A stretch of DNA of 64,000 nucleotides from an uncultured Candidatus Binatia bacterium (lineage in GTDB: Bacteria > Desulfobacterota > Binatia > UBA9968 > JAJDTQ01): assembly GCA_965213675.1 (NCBI GenBank), contig OZ243916.1, positions 896,001 through 960,000 on the forward strand. The letters run 5' to 3'. Positions 54,644 to 64,000 of this stretch are shown here, in pieces (the first letter of the stretch is position 1; the number at the start of each line of letters is the position of its first letter). The notes under the pieces were generated by a model that was given only the letters and a program-made list of their open reading frames with translations, searched no databases and was not told where the DNA came from. The translations under genes were made by a program, and so were the position numbers.

Positions 54644-56440
54644 CTAGTCCCCGGCCAACGTCCTGATCTGCAACTCCCCAAGCTGCCTTGCATCCACCGT
54701 GGTGGGCGCTTCCGTCAGCATGCATACGGCGCGCTGGCTCTTGGGAAAGGCGATGACGTCGCGGATGGCGGGGGCGTCGCTCAGGAGCATGGCAAGGCGG
54801 TCGACGCCGAAGGCGATGCCGCCGTGGGGGGGCGCGCCGAGGTCCAGGGCTTCGAGGAGGAAACCGAACTGTTCCTCGACGGTGTCGGGGTTCACGTCCA
54901 GGAGCGCCAGCACCTGCCGTTGCAGTTCCGGGGAGTGGATCCGTATGCTGCCGCCGCCCAGCTCCATGCCGTTCAAAACCAGGTCGTAGGCGCGGGACTT
55001 GACCCGGGTGGGATCGGTTTCCAGCAGCGGCAGGTCTTCTTCCCGCGGGGCGGTGAAGGGATGGTGCACGGCGGTGTAGCGCCCCTCGGCTTTCCGCCAC
55101 TCCACCAGCGGGAAGTCCAGGACCCAGGTGAAGGCGTGAACGCCGTCCGGCACAAGGCCGAGCCGCCGGGCCATTTCCAGCCGCAGGTTGGCGAGGCCCT
55201 CGTTGACGATGTCGAAATCGTCGGCGAGCATGAAGAGAATGTCGCCGGGCCGTACACCGGCGAGGTCGCGCAGGGCGTCTTTCTCGGCCGCGCTCAGGAA
55301 CTTGGTGAGCGGCGACTGCCACTCGCTGTCCGTGACCTTGATCCAGGCGAGCCCCTTGGCGCCGTAGCGTCCCACCAGACCAGTGAGATCATCGAGGTCC
55401 TTGCGCGACAGATCGCCGGCGCCGGGCGCCCGCAGGCCCTTGACGATGCCGCCGCCCGCCAGCGCGCGCGTGAAGATGGCCACCCTGGAATCGCGGAATG
55501 TGTCCGAAAGCTCCACCAGCTCCAGGCCGAAACGGAGGTCGGGCTTGTCCGTGCCGTAGCGACCCATGGCCTCTTCCCAGGTCAGGCGCCGGAACGGCGT
55601 CTCCAGCTCCACCCCACGGACCTCCCGGAACACCCGCGCCATCATGCCCTCGACCATGTCGAAGATGTCCTCGGGCCGCACGAAAGACATCTCGATGTCG
55701 AGCTGGGTGAACTCGGGTTGGCGGTCCATGCGCAGGTCCTCGTCACGAAAGCAGCGCACCACCTGGAAATAGCGGTCCACGCCGCCCACCATGAGGATCT
55801 GCTTGAAGAGCTGGGGCGACTGCGGCAACGCATAGAACTTGCCCGGGTGCATGCGGCTGGGCACCAGGTAATCGCGGGCACCCTCGGGCGTGCTCTTGGT
55901 GAGCACCGGAGTCTCCACCTCCATGAACGCCAGGCCGTTCAGGTGTTCGCGCACGGCGGACAGCATGCGGTGGCGGATCTCCAGGGGGCGCAGGCTGCGC
56001 GGCCGCCGCAGGTCAAGGTAGCGGTAGCGGTAGCGGCTGGTCTCGGTGGGCTCCACATCGTCGTCAACCGGGAAGGGCGGCACCCGCGAGGGGTTGAGCA
56101 CGCGCAGTTCCAGGGCCATCAGTTCGACGGCGCCGGTGGCGATGCTGGTGTTCACGGTCTCCTCGGAACGGTGCACCAGGGTTCCGCGCACGGCCAGCAC
56201 GTCTTCGGAGCGCACGCGCTTGGCCTTTTCGTGGGCCTCGGGCGTCACCTCGGGGTTCAACACCACCTGCACCGCGCCGGACCGATCCCGCAGGTCGATG
56301 AACAGCAGGCCGCCGTGATCCCGCACGGACTGCGTCCATCCCATCAGGATCATCTCCCGGCCCACGTCGCCCTCGCCCGGCTCCCCGCAGCGGCAGCTTC
56401 GCTGCCAGTCGCCCATCAGATCCACATTCCGCTCGTTCAC
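54644..56440 (-). CDS. aspS: Aspartate--tRNA ligase
   Basis: [36 protein letters not shown]. Confidence 0.97.
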   Translation of the reverse strand: MNERNVDLMGDWQRSCRCGEPGEGDVGREMILMGWTQSVRDHGGLLFIDLRDRSGAVQVVLNPEVTPEAHEKAKRVRSEDVLAVRGTLVHRSEETVNTSIATGAVELMALELRVLNPSRVPPFPVDDDVEPTETSRYRYRYLDLRRPRSLRPLEIRHRMLSAVREHLNGLAFMEVETPVLTKSTPEGARDYLVPSRMHPGKFYALPQSPQLFKQILMVGGVDRYFQVVRCFRDEDLRMDRQPEFTQLDIEMSFVRPEDIFDMVEGMMARVFREVRGVELETPFRRLTWEEAMGRYGTDKPDLRFGLELVELSDTFRDSRVAIFTRALAGGGIVKGLRAPGAGDLSRKDLDDLTGLVGRYGAKGLAWIKVTDSEWQSPLTKFLSAAEKDALRDLAGVRPGDILFMLADDFDIVNEGLANLRLEMARRLGLVPDGVHAFTWVLDFPLVEWRKAEGRYTAVHHPFTAPREEDLPLLETDPTRVKSRAYDLVLNGMELGGGSIRIHSPELQRQVLALLDVNPDTVEEQFGFLLEALDLGAPPHGGIAFGVDRLAMLLSDAPAIRDVIAFPKSQRAVCMLTEAPTTVDARQLGELQIRTLAGD

Positions 56441-56444
56441 GTGT

Positions 56445-57698
56445 TCACCCGAGACTTTCCTCGACATCCGCGAAATCCACCTCGGTCTGTTCCTTGGTCG
56501 CCATATGGCGCACCAGCGCCCTGCCCTTGTCCATCTCGTCGGGGCCGACGATGAGCACCACGCTTGCCCCTTGCTTGTCCGCCCGCCGCATCTGGCTCTT
56601 GAGACTCCGGTCCTCGCCCTCCAGGTCCACCCGCCGGCCGCGCCGGCGCAGACGATGGGCCAAGGCAAACGTCCACCGTTGCGCTTCCTCGCCCATCCAG
56701 GCGAGATAGAGTAGCGGCGCGCCGCTTTCGGCCGTTTCCCCTTCCGACAGCAGCAACGCCAGGCGCTCCACCCCCAAGGCGAAGCCCACGCCCGCCACCG
56801 CCGGTCCCCCCAGGGAGCGCGCCAGCCCGTCGTAGCGGCCGCCCGCGGCCACGGTGTTCTGGCTTCCCAGGCCCGCGCCGGCCTTCCATTCGAAAGTGGT
56901 GCGGCAATAGTAGTCCAGGCCGCGCACCAGGCGCGGGTTCACCACCGGCTCCGGCCGGAGGTTCCGGAGCAGCTCCAGCACGGTGTCGAAGTGTCTCCGG
57001 CAGTCATCGCAAAGATGGGACCGCATCGACGGCGCCGCGCTGACGATGCCGCCGCAGGACGGACGCTTGCAGTCCAGCACGCGCAGCGGATTGTTCTCCA
57101 GCCGGCGGTCGCAGTCGGCGCACAGTTCGGACCGGCGCTCCTCCAGGAACGCCACCAGCGACGCGCGGAAGCCCGGGCGGCAATCGGCGCAGCCGATGGA
57201 ATTCACCTCCAGCACCGTGTCGCCCACACCGAGATCCTCCCACAGGTCCCGCAGCAACAGCAGCAACTCGGCGTCGATGTAGGGATCGGTGCGGCCGAAA
57301 ACCTCGGCGCCGATCTGGTGGAACTGGCGCAATCGCCCCTTTTGGGGGCGCTCGCGGCGAAACATGGGACCCAGGTAATAGAGCTTGCGCACCGGCTCCA
57401 CCTGGTGCAGCTTGCCCTCCCCGTACGCCCGCACCACCCCCGCGGTCCCCTCGGGCCGCAGGCTCAGGAGGGTCGCCTTGGAGTCCCGGTCGGCGAAGGT
57501 GTACATCTCCTTCTCGATGACGTCGGTGGACTCGCCCAGGGAACGCGAAAACAATTCCGACTTCTCCAGCACGGGTATGCGAATCTCTTTGAAGTTGTAG
57601 CTCGCAAACACCCGTTCCGCCGCCCTCTCGATGCGCTGCCACGTCTCCACGTCCCCGGGCAGAACGTCGGCGAAGCCCTTGATACGGGTCAGGTTCAC
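56445..57698 (-). CDS. hisS: Histidine--tRNA ligase
   Basis: [30 protein letters not shown]. Confidence 0.97.
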   Translation of the reverse strand: MNLTRIKGFADVLPGDVETWQRIERAAERVFASYNFKEIRIPVLEKSELFSRSLGESTDVIEKEMYTFADRDSKATLLSLRPEGTAGVVRAYGEGKLHQVEPVRKLYYLGPMFRRERPQKGRLRQFHQIGAEVFGRTDPYIDAELLLLLRDLWEDLGVGDTVLEVNSIGCADCRPGFRASLVAFLEERRSELCADCDRRLENNPLRVLDCKRPSCGGIVSAAPSMRSHLCDDCRRHFDTVLELLRNLRPEPVVNPRLVRGLDYYCRTTFEWKAGAGLGSQNTVAAGGRYDGLARSLGGPAVAGVGFALGVERLALLLSEGETAESGAPLLYLAWMGEEAQRWTFALAHRLRRRGRRVDLEGEDRSLKSQMRRADKQGASVVLIVGPDEMDKGRALVRHMATKEQTEVDFADVEESLG

Positions 57699-57980
57699 AG
57701 GCACCACCCAACGGGCGCCCAAGCCACGGTCGTCATGGTTCGAATTCAATCTACAGGGGAGTCGTGATCGACAGCAGGAGGACTGACGCACGTGCTGCCA
57801 GAATGGCTACGAGCTAACAGAGGCTCGGTGGAATGTCAAACAAACGCACCGTCCACAAAGCTCCCCTCACAAGTTCATTCGCCCGATGTCACACCTGCCC
57901 CGCCTTGCCCGAAAGGCGCCCCTCGTCGTCCATCCGTGCCACGCGCGCCGGCCGATCACCGCCCCAGATCCAAAGTGCCA

Positions 57981-58047
57981 GGAGCTTGCGCCGCAGGAAT
58001 TCGCGAAAGGGAAAATTCGCTATCGCGCATCCCTGCGGGCAAGCTCC
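57981..58047. repeat. Hairpin repeat related to the 13453-13623 element; possible terminator after comEC
   Basis: GGAGCTTGCGCCGCAGG...CCTGCGGGCAAGCTCC; AGCTTGCGCCGCAGGAATTCGC is identical to 13458-13479. Confidence 0.65.
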
Positions 58048-58052
58048 CAGGC

Positions 58053-59606
58053 TCACCGAAGGAGCCGGTGGACGATGGCGGCCAGTGTCAGGATGAATCC
58101 GTAGCATGCCGCCACCATCCCCCAACCCGGACGCGGGAACGAGAGCGCCGCCATGGGAAGGCCTGCCAGAAGGTCGACAGCCCACAGAAACAACGCCGCC
58201 ACGGGCTCGACGGCGGCCGCCAGGAGCATCGAGCCGGCGGGGTTGAATAGGCACAGAAAGCCGGTCAGGAGCCCGGCGGGCACGATGAAGAAGCCCACCA
58301 GCGGCACCAGCAGCGGGTTGGCGACGAAGCCGGCCAGGGAGAGAGTGCCGAAGTGGTATGCCACCACCGGCCCGGTGCCAAGGGTGGCGAACACGGGGAC
58401 GAGGACCGACAACAGGATGGCGCGCCCATACCGTTGCAGGCGGCTTTCCCGGGCGCCTTCGGTCGGCTGCATGAAGCGCGCCTTGCCCAGCATTCGTATC
58501 CCCCCGGCGATGGACAACACGGCCAGGAAGGAAAGCTGGAAGGATGCCTCCATGACGGCGCCGGGCCATACCAGCGCGGCGACGAATGCGGCCAGCGCCA
58601 GGCTCCTGAACAGGCCTGAGCCGCGCCCGGTCAGCACCGCCACCTGGTACAGACCGATCATGAGGGCGGCGCGCACCGTGGGTATCCGCGCCCCGGCAAC
58701 AGCGGCGTAGAGCAGCACCGGCGCCAGCGAGCCCAGGGCCGTCAGCTTGTGGACTGGAAAACGCAGGAGCAGCCACGTGCTGCGGCCCGCCAGCGCGCGG
58801 CACAGGAACCACACCGCGAAGCTCAGCATGCCCACGTGCAGTCCCGATATGGACAGCACATGAGACATGCCCACGGCGACGAAGCGCTCCCGCACCGCCG
58901 CGGTCAGGCCGCCGCGATCCCCCACCACCAGCGCCTTGAGCAGCCCCGCGGTGGCCGGGTCGAACACGCGCTCCAGGAACCGCCCGATGCGCCGCCGCCC
59001 GGTCTCGATCCAGCCGCGGACGCCGCCGCCTTCGCGCCGCACCAGACGCACATCGAAATCGTTGTGCAGATACGCCACATGGTAGATGCCGCGGCGCGCC
59101 AGGTAAGCCGTGTAGTCGAACTGTTCGTCCCAGTTCTTCGGTTCGCGCAGGCGCAACGGCAACCGCACCACATCTCCGTAGCGCCAGTGCCGGTAGGCGT
59201 TGCGGACGGTCACCCGCACATTGCCGCTGGCGCTGCGCGCGCCTTCCGGCGTCCACTCCCGCTCCGCCGAGAAGTACCAGCGGCTCCGTCCGCCAAGACT
59301 TTCCGGTTCTCGGTAGAGGCGTCCTTCAATGACCGCGCGTTTCCCCTGATCCAGATGCCGAAGGTGGTCGGAGGGCAGCCGCGGATGAAGCAGCCCGTGG
59401 TGCGCGGTGAAACCCCAGTGAAAAGCGAGTGTGCAGGCTAGCCCGAGAAGCCCCCAACGGGGCCTGGCGAAGCAAAGAGCCAGGGAAGACGCCGCCAGAG
59501 CCACGGTGAACGCCCCGGCGGCGTCGGCCATGACAGCCACGGCTTGCCCGCCGAGCAGGGCCAGTAGCGGAAAGACGAGGACGGCCGTGGGATGAGCGAG
59601 GCCCAT
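58053..59606 (-). CDS. comEC: ComEC/Rec2 competence protein (no C-terminal metallo-beta-lactamase domain seen)
   Basis: FDY..YL, HVLSISGLHV, SFQLSFLA, ANPLLVP. Confidence 0.88.
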   Translation of the reverse strand: MGLAHPTAVLVFPLLALLGGQAVAVMADAAGAFTVALAASSLALCFARPRWGLLGLACTLAFHWGFTAHHGLLHPRLPSDHLRHLDQGKRAVIEGRLYREPESLGGRSRWYFSAEREWTPEGARSASGNVRVTVRNAYRHWRYGDVVRLPLRLREPKNWDEQFDYTAYLARRGIYHVAYLHNDFDVRLVRREGGGVRGWIETGRRRIGRFLERVFDPATAGLLKALVVGDRGGLTAAVRERFVAVGMSHVLSISGLHVGMLSFAVWFLCRALAGRSTWLLLRFPVHKLTALGSLAPVLLYAAVAGARIPTVRAALMIGLYQVAVLTGRGSGLFRSLALAAFVAALVWPGAVMEASFQLSFLAVLSIAGGIRMLGKARFMQPTEGARESRLQRYGRAILLSVLVPVFATLGTGPVVAYHFGTLSLAGFVANPLLVPLVGFFIVPAGLLTGFLCLFNPAGSMLLAAAVEPVAALFLWAVDLLAGLPMAALSFPRPGWGMVAACYGFILTLAAIVHRLLR

Positions 59607-59707
59607 GCTCAAGCCCGGAAACTCAAGCCGAGAATGTCCAAGCACGGAATCCGGTCACACCAGGGGCATTCCGGTGTTGGCGGGAGAGACGCGACCATGA
59701 CAGCCTC

Positions 59708-61555
59708 TTACTCCGCGGCCTGGAACGATGCCAGGATGCGCTCGGCCACGGGGCGGCTCATGGACGGGACTTCCAGCAGTTCCTCCAGGGAGGCGTCCCG
59801 CAGCCGCTTCATGCTGCCGAAACGGCGCAGCAGGGCCTTGCGGCGCGCCGGCCCGATCCCGGGGATGCCGTCGAGGCCCGAGCGCAGGGTCTCGCGCTTG
59901 CGGATGCTCCGGTGATAGGTGATGGCGAAGCGGTGGGCCTCGTCGCGCAGGCGCTGGAGCAGGAACAGCGCGTTGGAGTTGCGCCGCAGCACCACGGGGT
60001 TGCTGCGGTAGGGCAGGAAGAGGCGCTCCTCCGAGCGCTCGATCTCGGCGGCGCGCGGCGACGCGGCCACGCGCATCTTCGCCATGGCCACCACGTCCAC
60101 GCCGGTGATCCGCAGGTCCGCCAGGGCGGTCAACGCCACCTGCAACTGCCCCTTGCCCCCGTCCACCACCATCAGGTCCGGCAGATCGGTCTCCTGGAGG
60201 CCGCGCTGGAAGCGCCGCTTGATGACCTCGTACATCATGGCGAAGTCGTCGCCGCGGGTCTCGGGGGCCACGGTGCGCACCCGGTAGCGGCGGTAGTTCG
60301 ACTTGTCCGGTTCGCCGTCGAAGAACGCCACCCGGGAGCCCACGGCGTGGGTCCCCTGGATCATGGAGATGTCGTAACACTCGATGCGCTGGGGATAGCG
60401 CCGGAGCCGCAGCTTCTGCTGCAGCTCGCGCAGCATCTTCTCGCGCTCCCGCTCCTGATCGTGGCGTTCGTTGAAGCCCTGGCGGGCGTTGTTCATGGCC
60501 ATCTCCAGGAGTTGGCGCTTCTCGCCCCGCTGCGGCTGGTGCAGCGTCACCCGCCGGCCCTTGCGCTCGCCCAGGTACTCCTCGTGGACGTCGCGGTCGT
60601 CCAACGCCACCGGCACCAGGACTTCCTCCGGTACGAAGCGGTTGCCCTGGTAGAACTGGGTCAACAGCGCCCCGACGATGTCCTCGTCGTCGAAGTGATG
60701 GTCTTCCAGGGAATAAGCCTGGTTGCCGGTGAGCTTGCCCTGACGCACGAAGATGATCTGGACCTCGATGAAGCCCCCTTCCCGGTACAGGCCGAAGATA
60801 TCCTGGTCGGCTCCCCAGTGGGACACCATGCGCTGCTTCTCCAGGGTCTTCTCCACCGCATGAATCCGGTCCCGCAGCCTGGCGGCCTGCTCGAACTCCA
60901 GGGCGTCGGCGCGCTCGCGCATGCGCGCCCTCAGTTGCCCCAGCAGGTCGGCGCTCTTGCCCTCGATGAACCACACCGCCTGACGCAGATTGCCGGCGTA
61001 CTCGTCCGGGTTCACCGGATGGACGCAGGGCGCCGGGCAGCGCTTGATCTGGTATTGCAGGCACGGGCGATCGCGGTTGCGGAAGTTGTAGTCGGTGCAG
61101 CTCCGCAGCAGGAAATGCTTCTCGATGACCTCCAGTGTCTCGCGCACGGCGATGGCCGAGGCGTAGGGGCCGAAATAGCGGCTGCCGTCCCTGACGATGC
61201 TGCGGGTGGCGAGAATGCGCGGCCAGTCGCCGGCCGTGACCTTGATGCTCAGGTAGCTCTTGTCGTCCTTGAGGCGGATGTTGTAGCGCGGCTTGTACTG
61301 CTTGATGAGGTTGTTCTCGAGGATCAGGGCTTCCTTCTCGTTGCTCGTCACCAGGGTCTCGATGTCCGCCACCTGACGCATGAGGAAGGCCACGTGCGGA
61401 CGCCCGTCGCCGCCCCGCAGGTAGGAGCGCACGCGCGCGCGCAATTCCTTGGCCTTGCCCACGTACACGACCTTGCCGCCGCCGTCCCGCATCAGGTAGA
61501 CGCCGGGTCCGGCGGGCAGCGTGTCGAGATGGTCCTTGAGTTCTTCGACGTGCAT
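59708..61555 (-). CDS. uvrC: Excinuclease ABC subunit C
   Basis: PGVY...YVGKA (GIY-YIG), IECYDIS, DGGKGQ, RDEAHRFA, HhH. Confidence 0.97.
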   Translation of the reverse strand: MHVEELKDHLDTLPAGPGVYLMRDGGGKVVYVGKAKELRARVRSYLRGGDGRPHVAFLMRQVADIETLVTSNEKEALILENNLIKQYKPRYNIRLKDDKSYLSIKVTAGDWPRILATRSIVRDGSRYFGPYASAIAVRETLEVIEKHFLLRSCTDYNFRNRDRPCLQYQIKRCPAPCVHPVNPDEYAGNLRQAVWFIEGKSADLLGQLRARMRERADALEFEQAARLRDRIHAVEKTLEKQRMVSHWGADQDIFGLYREGGFIEVQIIFVRQGKLTGNQAYSLEDHHFDDEDIVGALLTQFYQGNRFVPEEVLVPVALDDRDVHEEYLGERKGRRVTLHQPQRGEKRQLLEMAMNNARQGFNERHDQEREREKMLRELQQKLRLRRYPQRIECYDISMIQGTHAVGSRVAFFDGEPDKSNYRRYRVRTVAPETRGDDFAMMYEVIKRRFQRGLQETDLPDLMVVDGGKGQLQVALTALADLRITGVDVVAMAKMRVAASPRAAEIERSEERLFLPYRSNPVVLRRNSNALFLLQRLRDEAHRFAITYHRSIRKRETLRSGLDGIPGIGPARRKALLRRFGSMKRLRDASLEELLEVPSMSRPVAERILASFQAAE

Positions 61556-61574
61556 GGAAAAACTCGATTCAGTC

Positions 61575-61640
61575 GCCCTCGTGAAGAACCGCGCCCTTCG
61601 ACAAGCGCCAGGCAAGCGTAGAGAAACGAAGTCCAAGGGC
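61575..61640. repeat. REP-like repeat in the uvrB-uvrC spacer
   Basis: CCCTTCGACAAGCGCCAGGCAAGC...AACGAAGTCCAAGG, shared with 33831-33993. Confidence 0.5.
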
Positions 61641-61684
61641 TGCACACTGATCGAGCGACGCCGTCATCGCCAGCGGCAACCGTT

Positions 61685-63721
61685 TCAAGCCCGCCCGGCC
61701 GCCGCGCCGCGCGACACATACGGGCCGGACAGCTCTTTTTCCTGCAGCTCGCGGATGCGGTCCCGGACCTCCGCCGCCTTCTCGAACTCCAGCCGGTCGG
61801 ACGCCTGCTTCATTTCCTTCCTGAGCTTCTCGACCATGCGCGGGATCTCGCTGGGCGGCGGGCCGTCGTCGGCCACCAGCGGCACCTCCACGTAGTCGGC
61901 GTCGTAGGCCTGGATCAACGGCTCGTCGATCTGCTTGACCACGCTCCGGGGCACGATGCCGTGCTCCTCGTTGAAGGCCTGCTGGACCCCGCGCCGGCGC
62001 TCGGTCTCGCCGATGGCGAGTTTCATGGAATCGGTCATGACGTCGGCGTACAGGATCACGGTGCCGTCCACGTTGCGCGCGGCGCGGCCGATGGTCTGGA
62101 TCAGCGAGCGCTCCGAGCGCAGAAACCCTTCCTTGTCCGCATCGAGGATGGCCACCAGCGACACCTCCGGCAGATCCAGCCCTTCGCGCAGGAGGTTGAT
62201 GCCCACCAGCACGTCGAACACCCCCTTGCGCAGGTCCCGGATGATCTCCACCCGCTCGATGGCGTCGATGTCCGAGTGCAGGTAGCGGACCTTGACGTCA
62301 AGGTCCTGGTAGTAGTCGGTCAGGTCTTCGGCCATGCGCTTGGTCAACGTCGTCACCAGCACGCGGGCGTTCGCCGCGGTGCGCTGGCGGATCTCCTCCA
62401 GCAGGTCGTCCACCTGGGTGCCCGCGGGCCGCACCTGGATCTCCGGGTCGGTGAGGCCGGTGGGGCGGATCAACTGTTCCACGCGGACGTTGCCGCTCCT
62501 CATCAATTCATAATCGGCCGGGGTCGCGGAAACATAAACCGTCTGGCTGATTGCCTCCTCGAATTCCTCGAAGTTGAGCGGGCGGTTGTCCAGCGCCGAG
62601 GGCAGGCGGAAGCCGAACTCCACCAGAGTTTCCTTGCGCGACCGGTCGCCTCGGTACATGCCGCCGATCTGCGGCACGGTGACGTGGCTCTCGTCCACGA
62701 ACAGGACGAAGTCCTCGGGGAAGTAGTTGAGCAGCGTGGGCGGCGGCTCTCCGGGGCGCCGCCCGGTGAGGTGGCGGGAGTAGTTTTCCAGCCCAGGGCA
62801 GTAGCCCATCTCCTCCAGCAGTTCCAGGTCGTAGAGGGTTCGCTGGCGCAGCCGCTGGGCCTCCAGGAGCTTGTTGTCGCGCTTCAACTCCGCCAGCCGT
62901 TCCCGCAACTCCTCCCGGATGGCCGCCACCGCCGCCTTCATGCGATCCGCGGTGGTGACGTAGTGACTCGCGGGATAGATGGTGGCCTTGTCCACGCGCC
63001 GGCGCACCTTGCCGCGCATGGGGTCCACCTCCACGAGCGACTCCACCACGTCGTCGAAGAACTCGATGCGCAGCGCCGACTTGTCCTCGTAGGCCGGGAA
63101 CACCTCCACTGTGTCGCCCCGCACCCGGAAGGTGCCGCGGTGGAAGTCGTAGTCGACGCGCTCGTACTGGATGTCCACGAGCTTGCGCAACATGCGGTCG
63201 CGGTCGATGCGCATGCCCTCCTCCAGGTACACCATGAGGTCGAAGTAGGCTTCCGGCGAGCCCAGGCCGTAGATGCACGAGACGCTGGCGACGATGACCA
63301 CGTCCCGGCGCTCCAGCAACGCCATGGTGGCGGCGTGGCGCAGCTTGTCGATCTCGTCGTTGATGGAGGCGTCCTTGGCGATGTAGGTGTCGGTGGAGGG
63401 GACGTAGGCCTCGGGTTGGTAGTAATCGTAGTAGCTGATGAAATAACGCACCGCGTTGTCCGGCAGCAGCAGCCGGAACTCGTTGTAGAGTTGCGCGGCG
63501 AGAGTCTTGTTGGGCGCGATCACCAGCGTCGGCCGGTTGATGCGGCTGATGACGTTGGCCATGGTGAAGGTCTTGCCCGAGCCCGTGACCCCCAGCAGCA
63601 CCTGGTGCCGCCGGCCCGCGTCCAACCCCTCCACCAGTTCGTCGATGGCCCGGGGCTGGTCCCCCTGGGGCTGGAAGTCGGCGACCAGGCGAAACCGGCC
63701 GGATTTGCGCTCCTTCAGCAT
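61685..63721 (-). CDS. uvrB: Excinuclease ABC subunit B
   Basis: [40 protein letters not shown]. Confidence 0.98.
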   Translation of the reverse strand: MLKERKSGRFRLVADFQPQGDQPRAIDELVEGLDAGRRHQVLLGVTGSGKTFTMANVISRINRPTLVIAPNKTLAAQLYNEFRLLLPDNAVRYFISYYDYYQPEAYVPSTDTYIAKDASINDEIDKLRHAATMALLERRDVVIVASVSCIYGLGSPEAYFDLMVYLEEGMRIDRDRMLRKLVDIQYERVDYDFHRGTFRVRGDTVEVFPAYEDKSALRIEFFDDVVESLVEVDPMRGKVRRRVDKATIYPASHYVTTADRMKAAVAAIREELRERLAELKRDNKLLEAQRLRQRTLYDLELLEEMGYCPGLENYSRHLTGRRPGEPPPTLLNYFPEDFVLFVDESHVTVPQIGGMYRGDRSRKETLVEFGFRLPSALDNRPLNFEEFEEAISQTVYVSATPADYELMRSGNVRVEQLIRPTGLTDPEIQVRPAGTQVDDLLEEIRQRTAANARVLVTTLTKRMAEDLTDYYQDLDVKVRYLHSDIDAIERVEIIRDLRKGVFDVLVGINLLREGLDLPEVSLVAILDADKEGFLRSERSLIQTIGRAARNVDGTVILYADVMTDSMKLAIGETERRRGVQQAFNEEHGIVPRSVVKQIDEPLIQAYDADYVEVPLVADDGPPPSEIPRMVEKLRKEMKQASDRLEFEKAAEVRDRIRELQEKELSGPYVSRGAAAGRA

Positions 63722-63885
63722 GTCCAAGGAATAACACCGCGGGCGCGGAGTGCGCAAAACCGCGGCGGGGCGTCCACGCCGGTTCCGGTTCCCTGGACAC
63801 ACGCGCGCCGAAGCTGGTAAGGATCAGTCTGCTGTCTCGGGGCGCCCGTTATGACTGCAAAGCGGCGGTAGCTCACTGCACCCCC

Positions 63886-64000
63886 ATGGAAACGTTCGAT
63901 CTCACCATCATCGGCGGCGGCATCGTCGGCTTGGCCACGGCCATGCGCATGGCGCGGGAGCATCCCGGGTTGCGCTGCGCCGTGCTGGAGAAGGAGCCGG
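63886..64000 (+). CDS. FAD-dependent oxidoreductase (L-2-hydroxyglutarate oxidase-like), 5' part only
   Basis: METFDLTIIGGGIVGLATA...VLEKE Rossmann start; truncated by window end and absent from the ORF track. Confidence 0.75.
   Translation, partial: METFDLTIIGGGIVGLATAMRMAREHPGLRCAVLEKEP

Overview
High-GC, diderm bacterial chromosome segment. The gene repertoire (RRM proteins, lpxI, amidohydrolases) looks Deltaproteobacteria/Binatota-like, which is inference only. Most of it is housekeeping: recD2 3' end, hydrolases, a molybdo-hydroxylase large subunit, frmA, rpiA, infA, a long minus-strand run (rrf2-sufBCDSUT-lysS-lolE-lolD-bamA-skp-lpxD-fabZ-lpxA-lpxI-gnnA-lpxB-msbA-waaA-lpxK), def, aspS, hisS, comEC, uvrC and uvrB. 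Between def and aspS (~39.0-54.6 kb) lies a ~15 kb, more AT-rich defence island with no integrase. Its core is a restriction-like (Gao_RL-type/BREX-related) module: DUF499 ATPase, a small partner, a DUF1156 adenine methyltransferase and a PLD-SNF2 helicase. A higBA pair, a 75-aa peptide and an effector-less STAND-like ATPase-wHTH-TPR gene sit inside this module. The methyltransferase is cleanly split by an IS5-family element with a TA duplication, and precise removal restores a 988-aa ORF. Intergenic spaces carry a modular family of MITE/REP-like palindromes. All product calls come from motif recognition by eye; no database searches were run.
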